Shown: positions 1 to 7,790 of the stretch, one piece after another
How positions within the stretch are numbered: the stretch's first letter is position 1
Layout: the number at the start of each line of letters is the position of its first letter
From: an uncultured virus (IMG/VR IMGVR_UViG_3300011211_000031)
Lineage: Duplodnaviria > Heunggongvirae > Uroviricota > Caudoviricetes
IMG/VR virus record: IMGVR_UViG_3300011211_000031
Location: 44,549 to 64,548 of that record
Strand: one strand, 5' to 3'
Length of the DNA stretch: 20,000 bases
Made by a program: the position numbers and the translations under genes
Notes under the pieces: model-generated
Database searches by the model: none
What the model was told of the DNA's origin: nothing
What the model saw: only the letters and a program-made list of their open reading frames with translations

Positions 1-1041
1 TACCACAGCACTGAGATCGGACCGTATGGACTCGGCGGCGGGCCGTCGCTGTTGGAATTGCCACGTCAGTTTGTAGCTGCAACGGCACCGCCCGCCACGC
101 GGACTGTCCGCATGGGTTGGCGAGCACGTGCCAACGCCGCGTATGGTGCCAACCCTTACATTTGGGCGGTGCGACCGATGTTGGAGCAGGTGCCTAACAG
201 TCAGATGGCACCTTCTCCGTGGTCGGCCGGCGGTTCGGAGGACCACGCCAGTATCAGCATGTTCACTGACGTCAACGGGAACATCGCTGGCACTCAGGTC
301 AAGAACGACGGCACCACCGGCGAGATCAACATGCTGGCCAACGTGCTGAACGTAGTCAGTCCTGGCGCGGTCGATGGCCTGGAGCTACGTGACGGCTTCC
401 TCCGTGTCTGGCGCGGAAATGTGCAGCGCATCGTTGGCAATGGCTTCGGCCCTGATGGGCTGATGGACTACTTCGGGCCGAACGTCGGCGCCGGCAACGC
501 AAGCAAGGCGATTGCAACTATGTGGATGGACGTGAACGGCAACGCCTACTGGGGCGGCGCGCTGGCGGCTGGCGTGCGGAGCAACGCGGTGCAGTCTACG
601 CAGACGACTACGGTGGGCACCGGGGTCACCACGGGGTACTTCGACACCAACGGCAAAAACAAGGCGGTGGTGATCAGCGTGAGCCGTCAGGTGCGCCGGA
701 CGAAGGGTGCATCGGGAAGCAGCGGGTTCGTGGCAGGGGGCGGCACCAACTCCATGACGGTGAACGTCTACCGCCAGATCATCAATCAAGGTGAGACGCT
801 GTGGACCAGCTTTTCCGCTGGCGGCGGCGTGGACATCTTAAATGAGATCGACGGGCCGGATACCGCAACGTCACTGTGGAACGGGTCTATCACCTTGAAC
901 GACAGCGCCGACGGTACTGCGCAGCGCTCTTACCGAGCAGAGATCGTTGCCTACAGCGAGCAAGCCGTAACGCACACGTCCGGCACGTTTGAGGGGCAGA
1001 CGATCACGCAGAGCCTGTCCGTGCGGTCGACGGAACAGTAA
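1..1041 (+). CDS. Phage tail tip / host-specificity (J-like) or tail fibre protein, C-terminal part (5' end outside window)
   Basis: Frame 1 is open from base 1 to TAA at 1041; Gly/Thr/Ser/Asn-rich beta-type sequence; lies at the end of the structural region before accessory genes. Confidence 0.65.
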   Translation, partial: YHSTEIGPYGLGGGPSLLELPRQFVAATAPPATRTVRMGWRARANAAYGANPYIWAVRPMLEQVPNSQMAPSPWSAGGSEDHASISMFTDVNGNIAGTQVKNDGTTGEINMLANVLNVVSPGAVDGLELRDGFLRVWRGNVQRIVGNGFGPDGLMDYFGPNVGAGNASKAIATMWMDVNGNAYWGGALAAGVRSNAVQSTQTTTVGTGVTTGYFDTNGKNKAVVISVSRQVRRTKGASGSSGFVAGGGTNSMTVNVYRQIINQGETLWTSFSAGGGVDILNEIDGPDTATSLWNGSITLNDSADGTAQRSYRAEIVAYSEQAVTHTSGTFEGQTITQSLSVRSTEQ

Positions 1042-1094
1042 AACAGCGAGCCGCCGGCATAGGCGACCCTTCTTTTTCATCAAAGGAAACAGTC

Positions 1095-1529
1095 ATGAAC
1101 TTCAGCACGATCCTCAATCTCCGCACCGAGACGGCAAGCCAGCGCGGCGTCGTCGTCCTGCAATTCGTCCCTCAGCAGGCAATCGGAGCGCCGCAGCTGA
1201 CCCTGTCAGTGACGCCCGCGATCGCGGCGCCGCTCGAGGTGGGTGAGATGTACCAGTGGAGCGCGGCCAAGGTAGATCCGGATGTAGACGAAGAGGGCGC
1301 GGCCGGCAGCGCAATGTCGTTCAAGGCGCTGCTCAACCTGCGCACCGAGTCAGCCGGGCAATCAGGCACGGCTGAATTGCAGTTCTTGCCGCAGCAGAGC
1401 GTCGGAGTGCCCCAGCTCACGATGCGCGTGTCGCTGGATGTTTCGTCAGGCCTGGTCGTCGGCGCTACCTATCTGTTCGAAGCGTCGCACGTCGAGCCGC
1501 AGGTGCAGGTTGAGCCGGAGGCGGCCTGA
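1095..1529 (+). CDS. Hypothetical protein made of two ~62-aa internal repeats
   Basis: RBS AAAGGA before ATG; residues 1-62 and 74-135 align without gaps, 30/62 identical by hand count. Confidence 0.8.
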   Translation: MNFSTILNLRTETASQRGVVVLQFVPQQAIGAPQLTLSVTPAIAAPLEVGEMYQWSAAKVDPDVDEEGAAGSAMSFKALLNLRTESAGQSGTAELQFLPQQSVGVPQLTMRVSLDVSSGLVVGATYLFEASHVEPQVQVEPEAA

Positions 1530-1535
1530 CGGGGG

Positions 1536-2201
1536 TCAGGCGACCGGCGAGAGCAGCTCTTCCGTGTTGTTGCGCGGGGAGTTGACCGCCCGGCTCACAC
1601 GGTAGGCTTCCATCGCTGGCGTCTCGCTGGCCAGCAGCATGGCCATGGCGTCGTCGGGGTCTGCCGCCATCCATTCGTCCACCTGCCCGGGCTGCAGCCA
1701 CACCGGCATCCGGTCGTGGATGTCGGCCGACACGCCGCTGCTGTCCCCGGTGATGACGGTGAAGGTGCCGAGATTGCCATCGGGGAGCAGGGGACTGCTC
1801 TCCTCCCACAGCCCGGCCGCCAGCAGCGGGCCGGTTGCGTGGATGAACCACGGATCCTTCTTGCCGTCCTCAGGGCTCACAGACCATTCGTAGTACCCGG
1901 CCATCGGCACGACGCAGCGGCGTTTCTTGAACGCGGTGCGGAACGCCGGCTTCGTGGCCACGGTCTCGATGCGGGCGTTGATCGTGGAGCCCTGCAGGCC
2001 CTTCGCCTTCGCCCAGAAGGGAAGGAGGCCCCAAGCAAGCCGGGTGACCTGCCGGCCGGTGCCGCGGTCAAGGATGACTGACGCGCGCTGGGTCGGCGCC
2101 ATGTTGTAGCTGGCAGGCAGCTCGAGCAGGTCTTGGGCCAGGTCGGGCAGGCCGAGCTGGTCAGGCTTGAAGATCGGGGTCTGGACGAATCGGCCGCACA
2201 T
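1536..2201 (-). CDS. SOS response-associated peptidase (SRAP/YedK/HMCES family, abasic-site protection)
   Basis: N-terminal MCGRF, YNMAPTQ, WGLLP, INARIET, RRCVVPMAGYYEW, IHDRMPV, VSRAVN motifs; start moved from 2318 to ATG 2201 so that Cys2 is N-terminal. Confidence 0.95.
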   Translation of the reverse strand: MCGRFVQTPIFKPDQLGLPDLAQDLLELPASYNMAPTQRASVILDRGTGRQVTRLAWGLLPFWAKAKGLQGSTINARIETVATKPAFRTAFKKRRCVVPMAGYYEWSVSPEDGKKDPWFIHATGPLLAAGLWEESSPLLPDGNLGTFTVITGDSSGVSADIHDRMPVWLQPGQVDEWMAADPDDAMAMLLASETPAMEAYRVSRAVNSPRNNTEELLSPVA

Positions 2202-2290
2202 GGCCCGACCATAAGGTCGGACGCGTGATGGCGGCGCGTGGAGTATGCTCCTGCGCGGGGGGCTCCAAGGAAGACGACAGGGGTCATGGA

Positions 2291-2746
2291 ATGCCGATTC
2301 AAGCAATCGCCTACACAAGCGAGGCGGTGCCCGGGTTTGGCCTGGATGCAGCGGACGACCTGGCGCGCTGCGCAGCCGACTTCAACATGCATGCCGGCGT
2401 GACCGGACTGCTGCTGTTCGACGGTGCGCGTTTCCTCCAGTACTTGGAAGGACCAGAGGACGGCATCGCGGTGGTCTACAGCAGGGTGCAGAACTCCCAG
2501 CGCCACACCGGAATGGTGGAGCTCGGCCGGGCGCGGACTGGCCGCCGGCACTTCCCCTATTGGGCGATGCGCATGCTGCCTTCGGAGCCCGCTGAGCTGC
2601 GCGGGGCAGTCCGCAAGGACTGGTCCAGCTTCGTAGTGCGCCAAGCGGCGCCGCCGGGCGACGATCGCTACGGGTTGGAGGAACTAGCCCGCATCGTGGT
2701 TCCTCACCTCGGCCAGACGCCTGCAGAGGCGCCGCGCGTCGGGTGA
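2291..2746 (+). CDS. BLUF-domain blue-light sensor (stand-alone)
   Basis: IAYTS, FN-x3-GVTGLLLFDG-x2-FLQYLEGP, RH and R-x-F-x2-W-x-M motifs, with the conserved Tyr/Gln/Trp/Met; start taken at ATG 2291. Confidence 0.92.
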   Translation: MPIQAIAYTSEAVPGFGLDAADDLARCAADFNMHAGVTGLLLFDGARFLQYLEGPEDGIAVVYSRVQNSQRHTGMVELGRARTGRRHFPYWAMRMLPSEPAELRGAVRKDWSSFVVRQAAPPGDDRYGLEELARIVVPHLGQTPAEAPRVG

Positions 2747-2799
2747 ATCCTTCACCAATGTATCGGGCCGTGAGACTGGGCCGGCCTATGCTCCGCCGC

Positions 2800-3156
2800 A
2801 TGGACGACTCGCAGACCCTCACCCCCATGCCCGACGGCTTCTACTGGAAGCCGCGCTGCCACCTCGACACGCTTCCGACCGGCCTGTTCCTGCACGGTGA
2901 GATGGTTGCGACCATGCACCAGCGGATCGACGGCGCCTGGTTGGCCCGGCTGCACCTTGAGGATGGGGTTGACGCCCCGCTGGTCACCCGACGGTGCACC
3001 TCTTTCGAGGACGGCCGACGGGGGTGTGAGATGTGGGCGCTGCGCCACGAGAGGGCTTTGCGCAAGAAGGTCGCGATCAAGCTGCAATGGATCCAAGACA
3101 ACGTCGTCCTCCGCGGCCGGGGCCGGCAGTTGGGTGAGGCGGACCTTACGCACTGA
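2800..3156 (+). CDS. Hypothetical phage accessory protein, probably leaderless
   Basis: Plausible globular sequence; TATGCT -10 box 7 nt before ATG 2800 and no Shine-Dalgarno sequence. Confidence 0.7.
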   Translation: MDDSQTLTPMPDGFYWKPRCHLDTLPTGLFLHGEMVATMHQRIDGAWLARLHLEDGVDAPLVTRRCTSFEDGRRGCEMWALRHERALRKKVAIKLQWIQDNVVLRGRGRQLGEADLTH

Positions 3157-3213
3157 ACTGGACAGGGGGCTGGCCTTGTCGGAGTATTTGCCGCAGAGGG
3201 AGGGGCGCCCGGC

Positions 3214-3828
3214 ATGAGCATCCTCAATGTGCTGCTTACACCTGATCGGCTCCTGGTGGCCGTGGACACTTGGGCGGAAGACGCCCAGACCGGCGCTCAG
3301 TCAGCCGGTGCCAAGGTGCTGCTGATCCCGCAGCATCAAATAGTGCTCGCAGCTCGTGGCTCGGCGCAGTTTTTTCTGCACCTGTACCAGCGCATGTTGT
3401 TGGCCAGCTACCGGGCAAACTTCGGGCTTGAGCAGGTGATGCGCGAGACGGCTCCCCTGATTGACCAGCTCTGGCCAGCATACGAGGCGGCTGCTACTGC
3501 CTCTGGCGTGCCGCAGGATCGTCTGTGTACGGAACTTGTCCTGGGCGGGTGGTCCTACGGACAGGGGCAGATGGCGGCGTGTGCCTATGCCAAGGACGCG
3601 ACAGGTCAGCCTGCCATTGCGCAACCACTGAGTGGCGGCTTGGCATCGCCAGGCGAACCGCTGCGCGGGAGGCCGGATAGCTTCGCGGCTCCCGACGTTC
3701 TCGCCGCCGCCCGGCTGCAGGCCGCGTACTTGAATGCACAGGAGGGGCGGGGAGTGGCCGGGGGCCGCCTTATAACGGCTACCCTGACCGCTGGCCATGC
3801 CGCCATCTCGGACCTGGGGCCAATTTGA
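3214..3828 (+). CDS. Hypothetical protein with proteasome-beta/HslV-like Ntn-hydrolase signature
   Basis: RBS GGGAGG; after Met removal the mature protein has Ser1, Asp17, Lys33 and Gly48-Ser49. Confidence 0.6.
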   Translation: MSILNVLLTPDRLLVAVDTWAEDAQTGAQSAGAKVLLIPQHQIVLAARGSAQFFLHLYQRMLLASYRANFGLEQVMRETAPLIDQLWPAYEAAATASGVPQDRLCTELVLGGWSYGQGQMAACAYAKDATGQPAIAQPLSGGLASPGEPLRGRPDSFAAPDVLAAARLQAAYLNAQEGRGVAGGRLITATLTAGHAAISDLGPI

Positions 3829-3849
3829 TGAAGGCCCCTGACGCAGGCA

Positions 3850-4143
3850 TCAGTCCTGCTGATCCCCAAGCCGCGCCGCGCCCTCGATCTGCGTCGTCAA
3901 GGATGTCAGTGCCTGTTGGAATGCCGCGTGGTAGAGCGCGGAATGACCGCCTGCAATGACCTGCTCATCGGCCAGCTCGGGCAGGACGTGGGACCACAGC
4001 TCAGCCAAGGCTGATGGTTGGGGGTGGCGCGCGATGAGGGCATGGATCCCGTACTCCATGGCTTTGATGTAGCCTCGGCTTGCCTGCAGCTCCATCTCGC
4101 AGCGTTCGAGGCGTTCGATCAGCTCTCTTGTTAGGTCAGCCAT
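3850..4143 (-). CDS. Hypothetical helical protein
   Basis: 97-aa ORF with plausible composition, convergent on the previous gene; TAGACT -10-like box upstream. Confidence 0.7.
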   Translation of the reverse strand: MADLTRELIERLERCEMELQASRGYIKAMEYGIHALIARHPQPSALAELWSHVLPELADEQVIAGGHSALYHAAFQQALTSLTTQIEGAARLGDQQD

Positions 4144-4237
4144 GTCGATGACGTCTGGGCGCGACAGTCTACCCCTTCAGTCAGCTGCCGTTGCCTGCGT
4201 ATCGGCCCGTGCGACCGGCGGCGCTGACAATGGCGGC

Positions 4238-4450
4238 ATGACGAAGACGAACGTGAGAAAGGCGCGCTGGGCGCGCAGCAAGGCCGAGGATCTGCATCGG
4301 CAGGCCCGCGAATTAGAGCAGGACCGCAGCGGCGACTGGCAAGCCATGGCTCGCCGCCGGCGAGGGGCGGCACATTTGCGGCGGGAGGCCGACAGGTTCG
4401 ACTCCATGGCCTATCGATGGGCTGACCCCAAACTGACCCCAGCGGCGTGA
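4238..4450 (+). CDS. Small basic hypothetical protein, probably leaderless
   Basis: GACAAT -10-like box 6 nt before ATG 4238; Arg/Ala-rich helical 70 aa. Confidence 0.5.
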   Translation: MTKTNVRKARWARSKAEDLHRQARELEQDRSGDWQAMARRRRGAAHLRREADRFDSMAYRWADPKLTPAA

Positions 4451-4543
4451 TAAGTCATTGATTGCGCTAGACCGTCAATGATCGCGACTGATCGCCCTAG
4501 TCTTTGTTTCTATTGATGTTCCCCAACCTTGACATGGTAGAGG
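4422..4543 (+). other. att-like site remnant: arm-type direct repeats, IHF site and tRNA-Val(GAC) anticodon-arm fragment
   Basis: CTGACCCCA twice (4422-4430, 4433-4441); TAAGTCATTGATT (4451-4463) is the reverse complement of IHF consensus WATCAANNNNTTR; ACCTTGACATGGTAGAGG (4526-4543) resembles a Val-GAC anticodon loop plus 3' stem. Confidence 0.6.
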
Positions 4544-4609
4544 CCGACCCGTGACGCGGCTCTAATTCAATGCTCTACTGTGGGCACCAGCCCTTCAGGA
4601 GCGGAGCAT

Positions 4610-5206
4610 ATGGACCATGGGATAACATCCGCGCTTATCGGCGCTGGCGCGGCTCTCCTCGTTGTATTAGTTACCGCTGCAGTAGCAGTCACGCAGCTGA
4701 GGCATGACCGTGAGCAAAGGGCAAAGGACAGGGCATTGCAGGCCAAGCGCGATCTGCTGATCGACGCCCTGAAATCGGCGATTATCGCAATGAGGTCCGG
4801 AAGCGATCTGGTCAGGCAGGAGGTAGACATCAATGCGGTCAGTGCAAAGTTCACGAACGCAATCGCGGCGATGAACGCAGCGAGCGCGGTCGCCAGCCTT
4901 GAGGTTGTTGCGCGTGGTAAGGACCTGGTTGCCACGATGGGGAAGCAGTACATGACCGCAATGGCCGTCAGAAGCACGCTTGCGCCTGACCTTATGCCGG
5001 AGCAGTTGGTGGATTTCGCGCTTGACGTGATCGAGAAGCAGAAAGAGTTTCAGCAGCCATTTGCGTTGCTTGTCGCGGCAGTTCGCAGGGATCTATTGAT
5101 CGAGGGGGCGGATGATGAGGCGGTTGCGAAGGCGCTGTGGATGAACGTGGACGAGATAGGGGAACATGCGCGAAAGACGTTTAAGGACCTGCTGGGGCGA
5201 ATCTAG
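4610..5206 (+). CDS. Hypothetical protein with N-terminal transmembrane helix and helical soluble domain
   Basis: GGAG RBS before ATG 4610; hydrophobic ALIGAGAALLVVLVTAAVAV followed by a charged helix; stop overlaps the integrase stop. Confidence 0.75.
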   Translation: MDHGITSALIGAGAALLVVLVTAAVAVTQLRHDREQRAKDRALQAKRDLLIDALKSAIIAMRSGSDLVRQEVDINAVSAKFTNAIAAMNAASAVASLEVVARGKDLVATMGKQYMTAMAVRSTLAPDLMPEQLVDFALDVIEKQKEFQQPFALLVAAVRRDLLIEGADDEAVAKALWMNVDEIGEHARKTFKDLLGRI

Positions 5207-6351
5207 GTCCCAGTGCAAAAGTCGGCCCATGAGTTCATCAACAGGCGGCGCTTCTCGATAAGTGCGCCGCGCCTGTACGCCGCCTCTGTCTTGTCCTTGA
5301 TGGCATGCGCAAGCGCCATCTCGGCAACCTCACCTGGAAAATCCGTCTGTTCTGCTGCCCAGTCACGAAAGCTGGATCGGAACCCGTGCACCGTGAATGG
5401 TAGACCGAAGCCCTTCGGCGACGGCTTCTGAAGCAGGTAGAGCATCGCGTTCTCGGAGAGTGAGAAGGGGGGCGCGGAGCGGGGCAGGCCTGCGAGTATC
5501 GCCGCTGCCGCTGGCGTCAGTGGCACGACATGTTCCCGGCCCCCCTTCATTCGTGACGCGGGCACGGTCCACAGCATCGCCTCCAGGTCGAATTCGGCCC
5601 ACGTTGACCCGGTGACCTCCTCGGTGCGCGCAGCCGTGAGGATGGTGAAGCGTAGCGCCCGCCGCGATTTCGCATCCCGTTCCGGCAGCCTGGCCATGAA
5701 GGCCGGCACGTCGACGAACGGCATGGCCGCATGGTGCCGCTTCGGCTTCACCTTGCTTGGCTTAGGGAGGAGATTCTCCAGGTGCCCGCGCCAGCGCGCC
5801 GGGTTGTCCCCTTCACGCAGGCCGTGAACCTTGGCCCAGTCCAGCACGCGCTCGATGCGGCCGCGCACGCGCGTCGCTGTCTCCGTCTTATTGGACCAGA
5901 TCGGCTTCAGGCATGCCATCACCACGGTGGTGTCGACCTGGGCGATCGGCAGCGACTCGGCTGGGCCGTAGTCCCTGAGCGACTGGGCCCATTGGTCGGC
6001 CTGGGCATTGTTCTTCCAGCCAGCGCGGTGCGCATCGATGTAAGCCTCTGCGGCTTGGCCAAAGGTGGCCCCTGCGCTCCGGGCCGCCCGGCGGGCGTCG
6101 ATGGGATCCTCGCCGCCGGCGAGATGCTTTCGATGCTCCAGCGCCGCGGCGCGCGCTTCCTGCAGGCTGACGACCTGAGTAGAGCCCAAGCCCATCTCTC
6201 GTAACCGGCCGCCGCGGCGGAAACGCAGCACCCACGACTTTGATCCTGCCGGCTTCACCAACAGGTACAGGCCACCGCCGTCGGCGTGATAGCCTTGCTT
6301 CGTCAGGGTCTGGACTGCTCTGGCGCTGAGCCGATTGATCGGGCGCGCCAT
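5203..6351 (-). CDS. int: Tyrosine integrase, P4-like family with arm-binding N-terminal domain
   Basis: DGGGLYL...GSKSW...MGLG...SLQEAR N-terminus; catalytic TAAR, RMK, HGFRSSF, LAH and AAYRR motifs. Confidence 0.96.
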   Translation of the reverse strand: MARPINRLSARAVQTLTKQGYHADGGGLYLLVKPAGSKSWVLRFRRGGRLREMGLGSTQVVSLQEARAAALEHRKHLAGGEDPIDARRAARSAGATFGQAAEAYIDAHRAGWKNNAQADQWAQSLRDYGPAESLPIAQVDTTVVMACLKPIWSNKTETATRVRGRIERVLDWAKVHGLREGDNPARWRGHLENLLPKPSKVKPKRHHAAMPFVDVPAFMARLPERDAKSRRALRFTILTAARTEEVTGSTWAEFDLEAMLWTVPASRMKGGREHVVPLTPAAAAILAGLPRSAPPFSLSENAMLYLLQKPSPKGFGLPFTVHGFRSSFRDWAAEQTDFPGEVAEMALAHAIKDKTEAAYRRGALIEKRRLLMNSWADFCTGT

Positions 6352-6358
6352 TAAAACC

Positions 6359-6415
6359 GTCCCATACTTTGTCCCATACTTCCGGGTGCGATTGAGTGAG
6401 ACGGCATGGTATGGG
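6359..6415. repeat. Probable integrase arm-type binding sites
   Basis: GTCCCATACTT direct repeat at 6359-6369 and 6371-6381; inverted core GTATGGG at 6409-6415; located between int and the att core. Confidence 0.65.
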
Positions 6416-6485
6416 TGTGGAGTCGCATAGACTGATACGCCTAGCTATTGAGCCAACATGAGGCGCGGTGAGACGGCGCAATCGG

Positions 6486-6500
6486 CCACTCTCTCCGCCA
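6486..6500 (+). other. attR core: duplicated 3' end of tRNA-Ser
   Basis: CCACTCTCTCCGCCA matches a Ser-type tRNA 3' end (G discriminator + CCA); no upstream T-loop or rest of the tRNA. Confidence 0.75.
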
Positions 6501-6552
6501 GATACGCAAAAGCGCCCCGAAAGGGGCGTTTTGCGTATCTGGCGGAGAGAGT
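6488..6552. terminator. Long inverted repeat (about 30-bp arms, GAAA loop) including the tRNA 3' end; terminator-like
   Basis: ACTCTCTCCGCCAGATACGCAAAAGCGCCCC-GAAA-GGGGCGTTTTGCGTATCTGGCGGAGAGAGT, one bulged base. Confidence 0.7.
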
Positions 6553-6796
6553 CGGGTGCCGAGACCGCGCGGGTTCGACGGATTCGCCAGGAGCGAACCC
6601 GGACAGCCGAATGGCTGGCCCTGGAGCGCGCAGCGCGGAAGGGTGAGGCGCATGGATGCGCCTCACAATCCCACTCGGTCTATCCGGAAGCAGCGTCGCC
6701 CGCACGGGGCGTTCTGCGTATCTGGCGGAGAAAGTGGGATGGCAGAAGCTACGCGGGCTCGACGGATTCGCCAGGGAGCGAATCCGGAAAGCCGAC
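6523..6796 (+). repeat. Two degenerate tRNA-linked repeat units, period 183 bp
   Basis: 6523-6610 is similar to 6706-6796 (GGGGCGTTYTGCGTATCTGGCGGAGA...CGCGGGYTCGACGGATTCGCCAGG...); internal hairpin GTGAGGCGCAT-GG-ATGCGCCTCAC. Confidence 0.75.
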
Positions 6797-7009
6797 TTCC
6801 CTACCTCCGTCGCCGATCACCTCGACGCAGAAGCGATCGATATCCGATTTCGCCCACAACCTGCGCGAGACCAGCTTCTGCTGCTTCGGGAATCTGCCCT
6901 GTGCCATTCGGCAGTAAATAGACGCCCGACTCAATGAGGTGCGGGCCATCGCGACCTTGATGTCTCGGAGTTTAGCGGCGAGATCGATCGCAGTCTTCTT
7001 GCCCTTCAT
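6749..7009 (-). CDS. AlpA-family regulator / excisionase-like protein, possibly degenerate
   Basis: AAGGAG RBS before ATG 7009; VAMARTSLSRASIYCRMAQGRFPKQQKL...LWAKSDID fits the AlpA pattern; C-terminus runs into the repeat region. Confidence 0.75.
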   Translation of the reverse strand: MKGKKTAIDLAAKLRDIKVAMARTSLSRASIYCRMAQGRFPKQQKLVSRRLWAKSDIDRFCVEVIGDGGREVGFPDSLPGESVEPA

Positions 7010-7362
7010 CTTTGCTCCTTCGCCGCGCCGATCGCGGGCGATATCGCTTCGCCAGTCGGCTGCACGCCATGCATCAACTGCCGCAAGAGCGAGCTGCGAA
7101 AAATTGCGGACCTGTTCCCGACCCCACAGATTGGATCCAGCAGTGGAAAGAGATCGCGGCCTCGGCCAACAAGCGGCGCAGCGCGACGTCTTTCCGGCTG
7201 TCACCAACCCACCGACGCGGATCCCCCGGCAGCTATTCCCAGATCGACGTGCTGGTCGAATGGAGCCGGACCGCCCGAAGTGGACGGCAGTTCGATCTCT
7301 CTTTTCAAGCCGAAGCGGATGGCGGTTGCACCTCGACCTCGGCTCTGCAAAAGGATGGCGCC

Positions 7363-7762
7363 ATGACTGCGCTGAAGCCCGCCGATTGGCAGGAGCGTGG
7401 CGAGGGCATGATGACGCCCAAGCAAGCAGCACATGCTCAACGCCATCTGCGGTGACCTAGCGGCCGGTCTCTCTGGCACGGTTCGCGCCTGACGAAGGAC
7501 GACTGGCGGCACATGGTCGCTGGCACGAGGCTGGGCTGGTGCCTATTACCGGCGAGAGACCGGGGAAGGGGCGCGGTTGGTCACATCATGCTCGGCCAGC
7601 ATGAAGCTGACGAAGTCACTGGCCTGCGGTGTCATCACCGGGCCGCTTCATATCGGCGACCACCCGGAAGATCAGGGGCTACATGCAGGGCCGGTACGAT
7701 GGTATGACACAGTGCTACTGGGGCAGGGATTCAGGCCTCAAGATTTCGCGGAGACAGCATGA
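7363..7762 (+). pseudogene. Frameshifted phage NinB-like gene
   Basis: Pieces in shifting frames join as MTALKPADW...MMTPKQ / MLNAICGDLAAGLS / WHGSRLTKDDWRHMVAG...HIMLG / SMKLTKSLAC...DFAETA; about 3 frameshifts; WHG-x2-L-x3-DW resembles NinB. Confidence 0.55.
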
Positions 7763-7790
7763 GTGCTTCGTTAGAGCTGTCCTAGTTCCC

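Larger units (their letters stand above)
1..6500. mobile_element. Right end of a prophage inserted at the 3' end of a tRNA-Ser gene (left end outside window)
   Basis: Tail-like gene, SRAP and accessory genes, tyrosine integrase, ending at the tRNA-like 3' fragment CCACTCTCTCCGCCA (6486-6500). Confidence 0.8.

Noticed and set aside
1046..1078. Terminator after the tail gene
   Set aside because: Stem is mismatched and separated from the T run; too weak to call
4394..4406. GGTTCGACTCC T-loop-like sequence
   Set aside because: Lies inside an ORF with no surrounding tRNA structure
4500..4580. Intact tRNA-Val gene
   Set aside because: Only the anticodon loop and 3' stem are present; no cloverleaf or CCA end
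6440..6500. Intact tRNA-Ser gene
   Set aside because: Only about 15 nt of the 3' end are present; no D, anticodon or T arm
6488..6800. CRISPR array, or the several short ORFs called here
   Set aside because: Only two long degenerate units, no repeat-spacer periodicity and no cas genes; the ORFs arise from palindromic repeat DNA
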